A DNA stretch of 64,000 nucleotides from a virus, in the IMG/VR virus record IMGVR_UViG_3300035156_000175, positions 1-64,000 of that record; one strand, given 5' to 3'. The notes below the pieces were generated by a model. It saw only the letters and a list, made by a program, of their open reading frames with translations. It did no database searches and was not told the DNA's origin. Position numbers and translations under genes: made by a program. Shown one piece after another: positions 1-7,412 of the stretch (the first letter of the stretch is position 1; each line of letters begins with the position of its first letter).

Positions 1-128
1 CTTTCCAGCTTGTGGCCATCGACCAGTGTGATGACGGTGAAGTCGCGCTGCTGGCTGATGGCCATGATTTTGTCGAGCATCACGATGCCAGTGCGGCCGC
101 TGTATTCGGTGTAGGTGAGGGTCTTCAT
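1..128 (-). CDS. hypothetical early protein, N-terminal part only (gene runs off the left window edge)
   Basis: ATG at 128-126 overlaps the stop of the upstream ORF (ATGA). The frame MKTLTYTEYSGRTGIVMLDK... stays open to position 1. Confidence 0.5.
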   Translation of the reverse strand, partial: MKTLTYTEYSGRTGIVMLDKIMAISQQRDFTVITLVDGHKLE

Positions 129-367
129 TTAGCTGCCATCCTTCGCATAAATATCAGCGGCGCATGTGCGCAGCTATCACGACTGTTGATGTCGGCGGTG
201 TCCTTGTGGAAGGCTTCCTGCACTTTCTCCAGCGCCACCTGATCGGCCTGCTCGGCGTCCAGCAGCTCGTCGGCATTCTCAATGCGGTCCCATGCGGCGT
301 TGCGCTCGGCGGCGCCGGCGTCATACTCGACCAGCGCGCGGCGGGTATTGTCGAAGGTGAGGGTCAT
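125..367 (-). CDS. hypothetical early protein (80 aa, acidic)
   Basis: ORF track 125..379. I prefer the ATG at 367 (MTLTFDNT...), just after the upstream stop at 369-371. Part of the coupled minus-strand gene chain. Confidence 0.6.
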   Translation of the reverse strand: MTLTFDNTRRALVEYDAGAAERNAAWDRIENADELLDAEQADQVALEKVQEAFHKDTADINSRDSCAHAPLIFMRRMAAK

Positions 368-368
368 G

Positions 369-887
369 TCACTGCCCACTGTGGTCTTGCACCGGCCAGT
401 CGCACTCGGCGCCGAGCTCTACCGCATAGTCGTGCGCTTCTTCGTGCCGGTCGGCGGTAGCGATAAGATCAACGCCGCCGTCTTGCGCAAGGTGCGCGAA
501 GACGCCAAACTTGACTTGCTTATCGGCTTCGCGGGTGATCCAGCCGCCGGCATCAAGTCCTTGAATCTCGACGGCGTTGTATGCGCTCATGTTGTCGGTG
601 GTGATCTGGGTCACTACGTTCATTGTTGCCTCCTGGGCGGTGAAAGGTAAGAATTGCATGCGCTCTTTGAAGTCGAGCGGCGTGCGGTAATACAGCTGAC
701 CGGTGTCGATGCTGCGATAGAACTCCATCATCTGGTCGCGCATCGCGCCGGCGCCCTTGGCCATGCCGAGATGCTCATACAGGCCCGGGCCGCTGACGCA
801 CTTGAGGAGGCGACCTTGCTTGGCGAGCGCGGTGACCTTGCGCATGCGCTCCTGGAGCGCGAGGTACTGGGCGGAGTAGATGGTCAT
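369..887 (-). CDS. hypothetical early protein (172 aa)
   Basis: ORF track. ATGA overlap with the upstream ORF at 884-887. GC-rich third codon positions. Confidence 0.7.
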   Translation of the reverse strand: MTIYSAQYLALQERMRKVTALAKQGRLLKCVSGPGLYEHLGMAKGAGAMRDQMMEFYRSIDTGQLYYRTPLDFKERMQFLPFTAQEATMNVVTQITTDNMSAYNAVEIQGLDAGGWITREADKQVKFGVFAHLAQDGGVDLIATADRHEEAHDYAVELGAECDWPVQDHSGQ

Positions 888-1201
888 GCCTCACCTCGAC
901 GCTGCGCCGCCCAGCGCTCTTCCTGCTCGGCGCGCTCACGCATCGTCTGCTCTACAGCCGCTGCGATAGCCTTCTGCCCGTCGCCGTAGGTGTAAAAGCG
1001 CGTAACCGCAAGTTTTATCTGCTGCTCTATCTCCTTGCTGGCGGTATCGGCGATGATCTTGCTGACGTTCTCCGGCGTGCAGAAAGCATCGACTGCGGCC
1101 TGGATGTCGGCGTCCATCTGCACCAGATGCTCGCTGAGCATCATGGCGATGGTGTGCTTCATGCCTTCGAGTTCGATGCGGATGATAGGTGGGTTGTTCA
1201 T
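884..1201 (-). CDS. hypothetical early protein (105 aa)
   Basis: ORF track. AAGGAAA RBS-like run upstream of the ATG at 1201. Confidence 0.7.
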   Translation of the reverse strand: MNNPPIIRIELEGMKHTIAMMLSEHLVQMDADIQAAVDAFCTPENVSKIIADTASKEIEQQIKLAVTRFYTYGDGQKAIAAAVEQTMRERAEQEERWAAQRRGEA

Positions 1202-1210
1202 GTCGTTTCC

Positions 1211-1381
1211 TTAAAGTTCTGTCTGCACAGCGCCGTATTTGACTTCGCCGCAGTCGCAGGCATAGATGCCCTTGCGAGAAAGGGCAGCACGGTTGCCGCG
1301 CAGCCCGAACTGGACTTTCTGCGTTGTCGTGTTCTTCACCCAGACCCATTTATGGGTCTTGCCGATCGTGCATTTCTTCAT
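1211..1381 (-). CDS. small Cys-containing protein (56 aa)
   Basis: Below the ORF-track cutoff. GGAGGAG RBS then ATG at 1381, overlapping the upstream stop (ATGA). Translation MKKCTIGKTHKWVWVKNTTTQKVQFGLRGNRAALSRKGIYACDCGEVKYGAVQTEL. Confidence 0.55.
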   Translation of the reverse strand: MKKCTIGKTHKWVWVKNTTTQKVQFGLRGNRAALSRKGIYACDCGEVKYGAVQTEL

Positions 1382-1974
1382 GGCTCCTCCAGCCGCGGCG
1401 TGATCACCACCACAGTGGCGTCGGTGCCGTCCGTGATCATGCCGTTACGCATCAGCATGGTAGGTACGTCGAGGAGGTTGTTGCGCACTTCCTGCACATC
1501 GTCCAAGTCAGCGGTCTCGATCGTGACGTCGATGACCAGGCGCAGGGTGTGGCGGGTCGGACCCCGGAGACCTGCCGGCAGCTTGTACACCTCGGGGCCA
1601 AGGTCGTTCATCCAGTCCAGCGCCGGCTGCCAGTCAGCCGCGTCGCCGTCGGAGGTGATAGTCCAGACGCCTGGCGCGTGATGGTCGGCCAGGATCAGCA
1701 GCGCCGTGACCAGCAGGTCATAGGGCTTGCGCGCGGTCTTGCAGAAGTTGAAGCCTTGGGGCGTTGGCGTGAAGACCATCGTTTCGTGGCCATCACTGCC
1801 GACGCCGTTGAAGCAGATGCACTCGCTGTCGACGACCGGTGGATCATAGTCCTCTGAGTTCTCTGCTACCTTGACTGGCGAATGCCTGAGCAGGCGCCGA
1901 AAGTCGTTCTCGATGGCGCGCCACTGGGCGTCGGTTGCCTCGGCGTACGAGCGCCAGTAGTGTGTGTATCCCAT
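1378..1974 (-). CDS. hypothetical early protein (198 aa), N-terminus MGYTHYWR
   Basis: ORF track. GGGGAA RBS upstream. No motif I can assign. Confidence 0.7.
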   Translation of the reverse strand: MGYTHYWRSYAEATDAQWRAIENDFRRLLRHSPVKVAENSEDYDPPVVDSECICFNGVGSDGHETMVFTPTPQGFNFCKTARKPYDLLVTALLILADHHAPGVWTITSDGDAADWQPALDWMNDLGPEVYKLPAGLRGPTRHTLRLVIDVTIETADLDDVQEVRNNLLDVPTMLMRNGMITDGTDATVVVITPRLEEP

Positions 1975-1993
1975 GTCATTCCCCTATGATTGT

Positions 1994-2221
1994 TTATGGC
2001 AGCACTTTTCCTGCTGTTTGTTGGAGCTGGCGGAAAGTGCGCGACCAGCACAGAGTGATACGCGCGGCAGAGTACGCACCCTGCTCACGCATGCAGCCTG
2101 CAAGGAACAGTTCGTCCAGCCCTGCACGATGGAACTTGCCAGCTTTGCTTTGGGCGTTGGCGTATTCCACGCGCCAGTGGCAAATGACGCGTTTGCGGCG
2201 CAGGCGCTCGTCCCGGGTCAT
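1994..2221 (-). CDS. hypothetical basic protein (75 aa)
   Basis: ORF track. ATGA overlap with the upstream ORF at 2218-2221. It is the only minus-strand ORF filling this gap. GC3-rich codons. Confidence 0.55.
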   Translation of the reverse strand: MTRDERLRRKRVICHWRVEYANAQSKAGKFHRAGLDELFLAGCMREQGAYSAARITLCWSRTFRQLQQTAGKVLP

Positions 2222-2580
2222 GGCAGTTCCGACATCGCGCTGATCACCTCGCCGCTGTCAGGGTCGATGGCGATTTTGAGGACACGGACCAGTGCTTCGT
2301 CGCTGTCCTGGCCGTTGATCCTGACGTCAACGGCGTTCTCCTTGGAGTATTTGGATTCACCGAATGTCAATGCTCCTGCTGGGACGCGGAAAAGCGGAAT
2401 CCAGCGCACGGTCGGCGCCGGCTTGACCCGGTACTCAAAATCTTCACACCAGCGCGGTTGGTGATCCTGACCTGGCGCACCCATTTCCGCCCACGCTGGC
2501 CGGGCCTCGCTGCGGCATTCAATGGTGGCGCCGTCCGCCCAGGCCTTGATGACGGTGGCGTGCTTGTGTGGGCTATTCAT
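2218..2580 (-). CDS. hypothetical early protein (120 aa)
   Basis: ORF track 2218..2691. I prefer the internal ATG at 2580 (MNSPHKHATVIKAW...), which overlaps the upstream stop by 8 nt. Confidence 0.6.
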   Translation of the reverse strand: MNSPHKHATVIKAWADGATIECRSEARPAWAEMGAPGQDHQPRWCEDFEYRVKPAPTVRWIPLFRVPAGALTFGESKYSKENAVDVRINGQDSDEALVRVLKIAIDPDSGEVISAMSELP

Positions 2581-2812
2581 AGCTGGCTTTCTTAATGTCG
2601 GCGATGAGTTGCGTGACGTGCTCCTCGACGATGTGCTCTGGCGAGGGATCGCCTGGCATCGCGCTGGCGAGCCAGTCGATGTTGTCAACAACTGCGTCGT
2701 TGACGTCGTCCATCGGGTCTTCGATATCGAAGGCTTTTTCGAGGTGGCTCATGGCATCCCAGTAAGCCAGTTTGGCCATCACGGCCGCGCGCAGGGCGTC
2801 GAGTTTTGTCAT
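2573..2812 (-). CDS. hypothetical acidic protein (79 aa)
   Basis: ORF track. TGGAG RBS-like sequence upstream of the ATG at 2812. Confidence 0.65.
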   Translation of the reverse strand: MTKLDALRAAVMAKLAYWDAMSHLEKAFDIEDPMDDVNDAVVDNIDWLASAMPGDPSPEHIVEEHVTQLIADIKKASYE

Positions 2813-2834
2813 ACAGGCTCCAGTGCAGGTTCAT

Positions 2835-2864
2835 CAGTTTGACGTACGTCAAACTGCACGTCAA
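2835..2864. promoter_or_regulatory. 22-bp perfect palindrome CAGTTTGACGTACGTCAAACTG plus a third ACGTCAA half-site
   Basis: Read directly from the sequence. It lies in the 56-bp gap between two same-strand early genes. No U-run follows on the minus strand, so it does not look like an intrinsic terminator. Confidence 0.6.
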
Positions 2865-2868
2865 TCTT

Positions 2869-3207
2869 TTATGTTTTGACAGAGTAGATCTCGATCATGC
2901 GATCGAGCCACGCGAGGCGCAGGGTGGCGCCGTTGTCGTAGATCCAGTCGTACAGCGGGTCGGCCGGTCCCAGTTGCAGCTGTTGGCTCAGCCAGTTTTC
3001 CAGCGGCGGGTTGCTGTCGCTGTGCATGCGCAGCGACGCCTGCACATACAGCTGCAGGTCTTGTGCGGCGTCGGCCAAGCTGGCGCTTGCCACGTCAGCG
3101 TGGTCCCATATCACATCGCCGAGGGCGGAGCAGATGAAGGTGGAATGCCCCTCTTCGATGTCCTTGCGCACCATGTGCAGCACTTCGACATGCTTATTAG
3201 TCATCAC
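2869..3207 (-). CDS. early protein, paralog family member 1 (FIC...RLAWLDRMI motifs)
   Basis: ORF track. Shares STFICSAL and RLAWLDRMIE motifs with the ORFs at 3492..3839 and 4513..4812. Confidence 0.7.
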   Translation of the reverse strand: MMTNKHVEVLHMVRKDIEEGHSTFICSALGDVIWDHADVASASLADAAQDLQLYVQASLRMHSDSNPPLENWLSQQLQLGPADPLYDWIYDNGATLRLAWLDRMIEIYSVKT

Positions 3208-3511
3208 AGTTGTCCGGGTTGATTGCTTCGAGCACGACTTCGAGCGCGATCTCCATCGCGCGGCCGTCCGGTGTGCCGTCGGGCAGGCGCCGGGATTTCA
3301 TCACCACGGTATGGAGCATGGTAACGATCGTGCGGCACGCCACCCTGTGCATGACGCGGGCGAAGACCAGATCACTGATATGCGGCGCCGCGGCGCGCGA
3401 TGCGCACAGCTGCTCATCGGACAGAAACAGATTGCGGCGCAGACTCTGGACCGCTTCGCGGCGCTTGCGCAGCGCCGGCTCCAGCAGTTTCTCAAGTTCT
3501 TGGGGTGTCAT
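3197..3511 (-). CDS. hypothetical early protein (104 aa)
   Basis: ORF track 3197..3526. I prefer the ATG at 3511 (MTPQELEKLL), preceded by a GAGGAG RBS. Confidence 0.6.
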   Translation of the reverse strand: MTPQELEKLLEPALRKRREAVQSLRRNLFLSDEQLCASRAAAPHISDLVFARVMHRVACRTIVTMLHTVVMKSRRLPDGTPDGRAMEIALEVVLEAINPDNCDD

Positions 3512-3839
3512 CGCTGTACTCCTCAATCATTTTGTCGATCCATGCAAGGCGGGCCAGGAGGCAGATGTCGCGCCGCTTGGACAGACTGTACGGCTTTGCG
3601 TGGAAGTATTGATCGATCAGCCAAGTGTGCAAGGTGTCGTACCTGCCTAGGCCCTTGACGATCTTGCAGGTGATGTCGTGCCACGCCATGTCAAGCTGGT
3701 GGATGCGGTCGGCATCGTCACCTGCCTTGTCCCACTGCCAGCTGACGCAGTGCTCGATCGCTACGCAGATGTACTCGACATCTTCGCCTTCGATCATGGC
3801 GCGGGCCGCGCGCAGCAGCTCTACATGCACGGCGCTCAT
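3492..3839 (-). CDS. early protein, paralog family member 2
   Basis: ORF track 3492..3866. The ATG at 3839 overlaps the upstream stop (ATGA). Motifs VEYICVAI and RLAWIDKMIE. Confidence 0.7.
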   Translation of the reverse strand: MSAVHVELLRAARAMIEGEDVEYICVAIEHCVSWQWDKAGDDADRIHQLDMAWHDITCKIVKGLGRYDTLHTWLIDQYFHAKPYSLSKRRDICLLARLAWIDKMIEEYSDDTPRT

Positions 3840-4024
3840 GCTGCGCCGCCATGCCGACGGTGCCACTCAGCACGCAGCAGGGCCAAGCAGTGGCCATGCT
3901 CGTCGGGATCGTTGATCAGGTCGTGCAACTCCTCGTCCGACATGTCGCGCACTGTCTTGTCGGCGCGGTTGGTTGCCCAACGAAAGATGGCCGCGAAGAT
4001 GGCGGCAGCGAGGAGCAGGTTCAT
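3836..4024 (-). CDS. small protein with a hydrophobic N-terminus (62 aa)
   Basis: ORF track. MNLLLAAAIFAAIFRW looks like a membrane anchor. ATGA overlap with the upstream ORF. Confidence 0.55.
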   Translation of the reverse strand: MNLLLAAAIFAAIFRWATNRADKTVRDMSDEELHDLINDPDEHGHCLALLRAEWHRRHGGAA

Positions 4025-4308
4025 GGTGCGGGCCTCCGGGTGGTGAATTTGTCGATACAGTTGATCCAGCTGTTGATGCCGAAGAGCTGGCCGGCGTCAG
4101 CCATGCTGAGCAGCTGGCCGCCGTACCAGCGCAGCTGGAGGTTGAAGCCTTCATCTGTGTGGTCCATTTCGGCGCCGCGGTCGATGCCAACGTCTGGCGT
4201 CGTGACGGCGCGCAGCGGTTCGATAATGTCTTGCAGGCGCTCGGCCGGATTGTTGTCGAGCTTGTGCGCGATGTCGCGCAGGAGCGTAACGAGGTCGTCA
4301 TTTGTCAT
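4021..4308 (-). CDS. hypothetical early protein (95 aa)
   Basis: ORF track. CTGAAAGGA lies 9 nt upstream of the ATG at 4308. Confidence 0.65.
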   Translation of the reverse strand: MTNDDLVTLLRDIAHKLDNNPAERLQDIIEPLRAVTTPDVGIDRGAEMDHTDEGFNLQLRWYGGQLLSMADAGQLFGINSWINCIDKFTTRRPAP

Positions 4309-4537
4309 TTGCGAATCCTTTCAGCTTGGCGCGCAGACTGCGCTCAGTTTCTGCGTCGCAGAGAACGTAATCGACGAGAAGGAAGGGTGTGTCGTTGGGC
4401 AGGATGCGAACGCCTTGGTACGGCGCGCCGGCGAGAGCTTTTTGCAGATGCGGCCAGTCATACGCCTCGACCCACAGCACGCGGTCGAGTGTCTCTTTGG
4501 TGCCGTCGTGGCCTATTGCGGTGATCTCGTAGAACAT
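4298..4537 (-). CDS. hypothetical early protein (79 aa)
   Basis: ORF track. AGGAGG RBS upstream of the ATG at 4537. Confidence 0.7.
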   Translation of the reverse strand: MFYEITAIGHDGTKETLDRVLWVEAYDWPHLQKALAGAPYQGVRILPNDTPFLLVDYVLCDAETERSLRAKLKGFANDK

Positions 4538-4812
4538 AGCGCCTCCTGTTCGTTGGCGATCATGCGATCGAGCCAGGCCAGACGAGCGAGATGCTCTTGC
4601 TCTTTTGACAGATACAGCCCTTGTTCATACAGCCACTCACCCAGGGTCGAGATCGGGGCCAGGGCCTCCTCGATTTCAGCTCGCAAGTCATGACAGACCT
4701 CGTCCAGATCAGGGAGCACATGCTCTGTCTCGACCAGCGCCCAGCAAATGAACTTGCATCCTCTTTTCATTACCGTGCGCGCCATGACCAGCGCCATGAG
4801 TCGTTGGCTCAT
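4513..4812 (-). CDS. early protein, paralog family member 3
   Basis: ORF track 4513..4824. The ATG at 4812 gives an ATGA overlap and matches the N-terminal spacing of the other two paralogs. Motifs CKFICWAL and RLAWLDRMI. Confidence 0.7.
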   Translation of the reverse strand: MSQRLMALVMARTVMKRGCKFICWALVETEHVLPDLDEVCHDLRAEIEEALAPISTLGEWLYEQGLYLSKEQEHLARLAWLDRMIANEQEALCSTRSPQ

Positions 4813-5030
4813 TTCAGGCTCCATACCAGATAGCTGATAGCCTCGTCGCGATACCCAACGACGAGGCCTGGATCATTGATCAACGCTGCCTTGACTTCGG
4901 TCGGCGTGAGCTGAACGAGCAGGTCGAGCGGGCCGTCAGCGTCTTTGTATGCCTCGATGTAACAGACGCGGATGGCGGAGGTAAGCGGCAGCCACGTGGC
5001 GCCATCGTCGGTGGTGTAATGGACGGTCAT
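4809..5030 (-). CDS. hypothetical early protein (73 aa)
   Basis: ORF track. GGGGAG RBS upstream. Confidence 0.65.
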   Translation of the reverse strand: MTVHYTTDDGATWLPLTSAIRVCYIEAYKDADGPLDLLVQLTPTEVKAALINDPGLVVGYRDEAISYLVWSLK

Positions 5031-5303
5031 TTAGTTCTCCCCAAAGCGTTGGCGATCGTCATGCAGCGCCTGCTGCAGGCTGGTCTCGTACCGGCGCACT
5101 CGCTCGCGACAGTAGAAGAACAGCTCGCTGCGGTGCGGATGCTCGTCGTTCACGTTCTCCATGAACCACCAGAGCGCCAGGACGCCGGGCAGGAGGTCGA
5201 GGTAGTCGACGGTGCTTTGCAGGTTTTGCTGCGCCTCTTGCTTTTTCAGTGCGGCAAGGGACACGGTGAGTTCGTCGATTGCCTGTTTTCGTAAGCTGAC
5301 CAT
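5031..5303 (-). CDS. hypothetical early protein (90 aa)
   Basis: ORF track. AAGGAG RBS upstream of the ATG at 5303. Confidence 0.7.
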   Translation of the reverse strand: MVSLRKQAIDELTVSLAALKKQEAQQNLQSTVDYLDLLPGVLALWWFMENVNDEHPHRSELFFYCRERVRRYETSLQQALHDDRQRFGEN

Positions 5304-5313
5304 GTTGTCTCCT

Positions 5314-5871
5314 TTATGGGTTAAATTTCTTCCGCTGACTGCTCAGCTGGCGCAGGCGGTCGGCGCCGCGCGTCGGATCAGGGTCAAGCTCTGCGCTAGC
5401 CTGCTCGATCGCCATGCGGTCATGCAGCATGTCGTCATCTCGCACCGACTTATCAAACGTCAGGTGCTGAGCAATCCAGTCACGATTGGCCTGCATACGC
5501 TCCTGGGCAGCCGCGCTGTCGGCAGCGCCGGCCAGCAGATCTACTTTAGTGAAGCGCTTGCGTGGCGGGGGCGCCAGGCTGGCGAGCTTGGTCAGTGGTT
5601 TGGCCTGCGTCGCTCCCTGTTTGACCAGCTGAGTCAGGATCATGATGGCGTCATGCAGAGCAGAGATGTCAGCCGCCAGCGTCTGAAGCGTTGCCTGCTT
5701 CTCATCCTTGGCGGTTTCGCGACGGCAGAGGCAGCGATACTCCCCGGACTTGACGCGAGAGACTCGGACGACCTGCTCTTTTCCGCAGTCGCAGCGAACA
5801 TTCCAGTAAGGGTGACCTGATTTGGCCGGGGCGGGTGTGACGACATAGCCATTAACTTTCTGCTGGGTCAT
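5314..5871 (-). CDS. zinc-ribbon protein (185 aa), possible DNA-binding regulator
   Basis: ORF track 5314..5907. I prefer the ATG at 5871, preceded by AAGGAG. CxC...CxC pattern in WNVRCDCGKEQVVRVSRVKSGEYRCLC. It is the first gene downstream of the operator array. Confidence 0.65.
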   Translation of the reverse strand: MTQQKVNGYVVTPAPAKSGHPYWNVRCDCGKEQVVRVSRVKSGEYRCLCRRETAKDEKQATLQTLAADISALHDAIMILTQLVKQGATQAKPLTKLASLAPPPRKRFTKVDLLAGAADSAAAQERMQANRDWIAQHLTFDKSVRDDDMLHDRMAIEQASAELDPDPTRGADRLRQLSSQRKKFNP

Positions 5872-5898
5872 GATGTGCTCCTTGTTAAGTGAGCTTCC

Positions 5899-5927
5899 AG
5901 CATACACAATTTTTACACTGTCGACAA
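5899..5927 (-). promoter_or_regulatory. candidate sigma70-type promoter (TTGTCG-N17-TATGCT) overlapping operator copy 1
   Basis: On the minus strand the -35 element is at 5927-5922 and the -10 element at 5904-5899, with a 17-nt spacer. Each hexamer matches consensus at 4 of 6 positions. Confidence 0.35.
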
Positions 5928-6038
5928 TTGTTTACAGTGTGGGATTGTCGCCACGCTTACACTGTAAACAATTGTCGACAGTGTGGTATGTGTAAGACCT
6001 CCACAAAGCTTTACAGTGTCAACAATTGTCGACAGTGT
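5915..6038. promoter_or_regulatory. three 26-bp palindromic operator-like repeats (5915-5940, 5959-5984, 6013-6038)
   Basis: ACACTGTCGACAATTGTTTACAGTGT, then its exact reverse complement, then ACAGTGTCAACAATTGTCGACAGTGT. All lie in the 140-bp gap between two same-strand early genes. Confidence 0.75.
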
Positions 6039-6048
6039 GGGGGTTGTG

Positions 6049-6402
6049 TCAGTGCGCCAGCAACAGGGCAAGGTTCATGCTGTCCTCGCAGCGCGGCGCC
6101 GGCGCGGTGCCATCCCAGTACGCGGCGATGGCGTGCTGGATCTCAGCGACGGCGGCGATCGCCATGCTGCGGCAAGTGGTGCGCGGGGCGTGCATCCAGT
6201 TGTCGAGGATGAACTCCCAGTTGCTTCCGGGCATGAAGTCGAATGCGCTGTACTGATCGACCATGGCCAGGACGTGCTGGGCTTTCTCAGCGTGCAGTTC
6301 TTTGTAACGTTTTTCCTTCAGGTCGGACCGCTCAACGGCGTCAAGCCATTGGTGCAAGGTCTCCATCCACGTGCTGTATTGATGCTCGGCGTAGGTGCTC
6401 AT
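6049..6402 (-). CDS. hypothetical early protein (117 aa)
   Basis: ORF track. ATGA overlap with the upstream ORF. Confidence 0.7.
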   Translation of the reverse strand: MSTYAEHQYSTWMETLHQWLDAVERSDLKEKRYKELHAEKAQHVLAMVDQYSAFDFMPGSNWEFILDNWMHAPRTTCRSMAIAAVAEIQHAIAAYWDGTAPAPRCEDSMNLALLLAH

Positions 6403-6869
6403 GGGGCGTCCTTATTGATGGCGGCGATGATGTAAGCGCGCTCGTTGTCGGTGGCGGCCGAGAGGTTGCCGAGTAAGGCTCCCTCAGCGTTGCGCAGCTT
6501 GACGTCGTCGAGCTTCACAGGAAGGCGGACGGCGGGAGGTTCTTGTGGCTGGTCCTGCGCCTGGGCGGCGCGGGCCAGCGCGAAGTCTTCGGCCCACGGA
6601 CCTTCTACGATGCGGGGCGTATGGTCGGGCACGCCGGACGCAAGGGCTTTGCTGCTGACGCCCAGTGTACTGAGCCTGGCGCTGTCTTTGTCGGTTTCGG
6701 CGGTCAGCCGGGCAAGGCGTGCCAGAAGCATGTCGCGGGTGAAGATGGCGCGCTCCAGCTCTTGCTGAGCATCGACCAAGGCACGTTCGGTGGCCAGCTT
6801 GACCTCGCGACGCAAGGTCAGAGGATGCTTGGCAGGAGGGTTGAAAATGTCGTGGATGAGTTTGAACAT
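6399..6869 (-). CDS. hypothetical early protein (156 aa), first gene left of the AT-rich gap
   Basis: ORF track. No clear SD sequence. CAATTTCAG lies just upstream of the ATG. Confidence 0.65.
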   Translation of the reverse strand: MFKLIHDIFNPPAKHPLTLRREVKLATERALVDAQQELERAIFTRDMLLARLARLTAETDKDSARLSTLGVSSKALASGVPDHTPRIVEGPWAEDFALARAAQAQDQPQEPPAVRLPVKLDDVKLRNAEGALLGNLSAATDNERAYIIAAINKDAP

Positions 6870-6927
6870 GGCTGAAATTGTCTAAGTTAGAGGTTTGTAT
6901 GCGAAAAGGGGTGCTGCGACCGTGCGA

Positions 6928-7203
6928 TTTCAGTTAAAATCGTACGGCAATAAATGTGGCAAAAAAGCATACATTTACTAAAAATTACGCTGATAACTGA
7001 AAAAGACTAAGATCATAGATAGATACCGACCGAATCAGCACGGTGCTAGGCTCGCTCTTTTAACTGAAATTTTTGAGGACAAAACAGACGCAAGTTTCTC
7101 ACAGGGAACACATTTAACTGAAATAAGCTAAACAAGCTCGATGAGCGTACTTTTAAAGTCCGTTTTCAAAAAACCGTATAAGGAAAGCTAAAACGAACTG
7201 AAA
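6928..7203. repeat. five copies of (T/G)AACTGAAA in an AT-rich gap
   Basis: Direct copies at 6994-7002, 7061-7069, 7115-7123 and 7195-7203. One inverted copy at 6928-6936. The surrounding 6870-7412 region is ORF-free and much more AT-rich than the rest of the window. Confidence 0.7.
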
Positions 7204-7412
7204 AAACGAAAACACAGTGGGGACCAAAATAGTATTGACTAATCTAACGTGATTTTGAAAAAACGCTCCAGCCAAACTTTTTAGGAGCCCCTATAGAAAT
7301 AGATTTGTATATATTATAGGTACTATATAAATCCACTTGCCATAGGGAGAACTTGCGAGTATGCTCTGTTTTCGCTTTCGATAAATGCAGGTCTTAACCC
7401 TTGGAGACACTT

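Noticed and set aside
5915-6038. Possible mini-CRISPR array (three 26-bp repeats)
   Set aside because: The repeats are themselves palindromes. One is the reverse complement of another. The spacers are only 18 and 28 bp, and there are no cas genes. An operator array is the better explanation.
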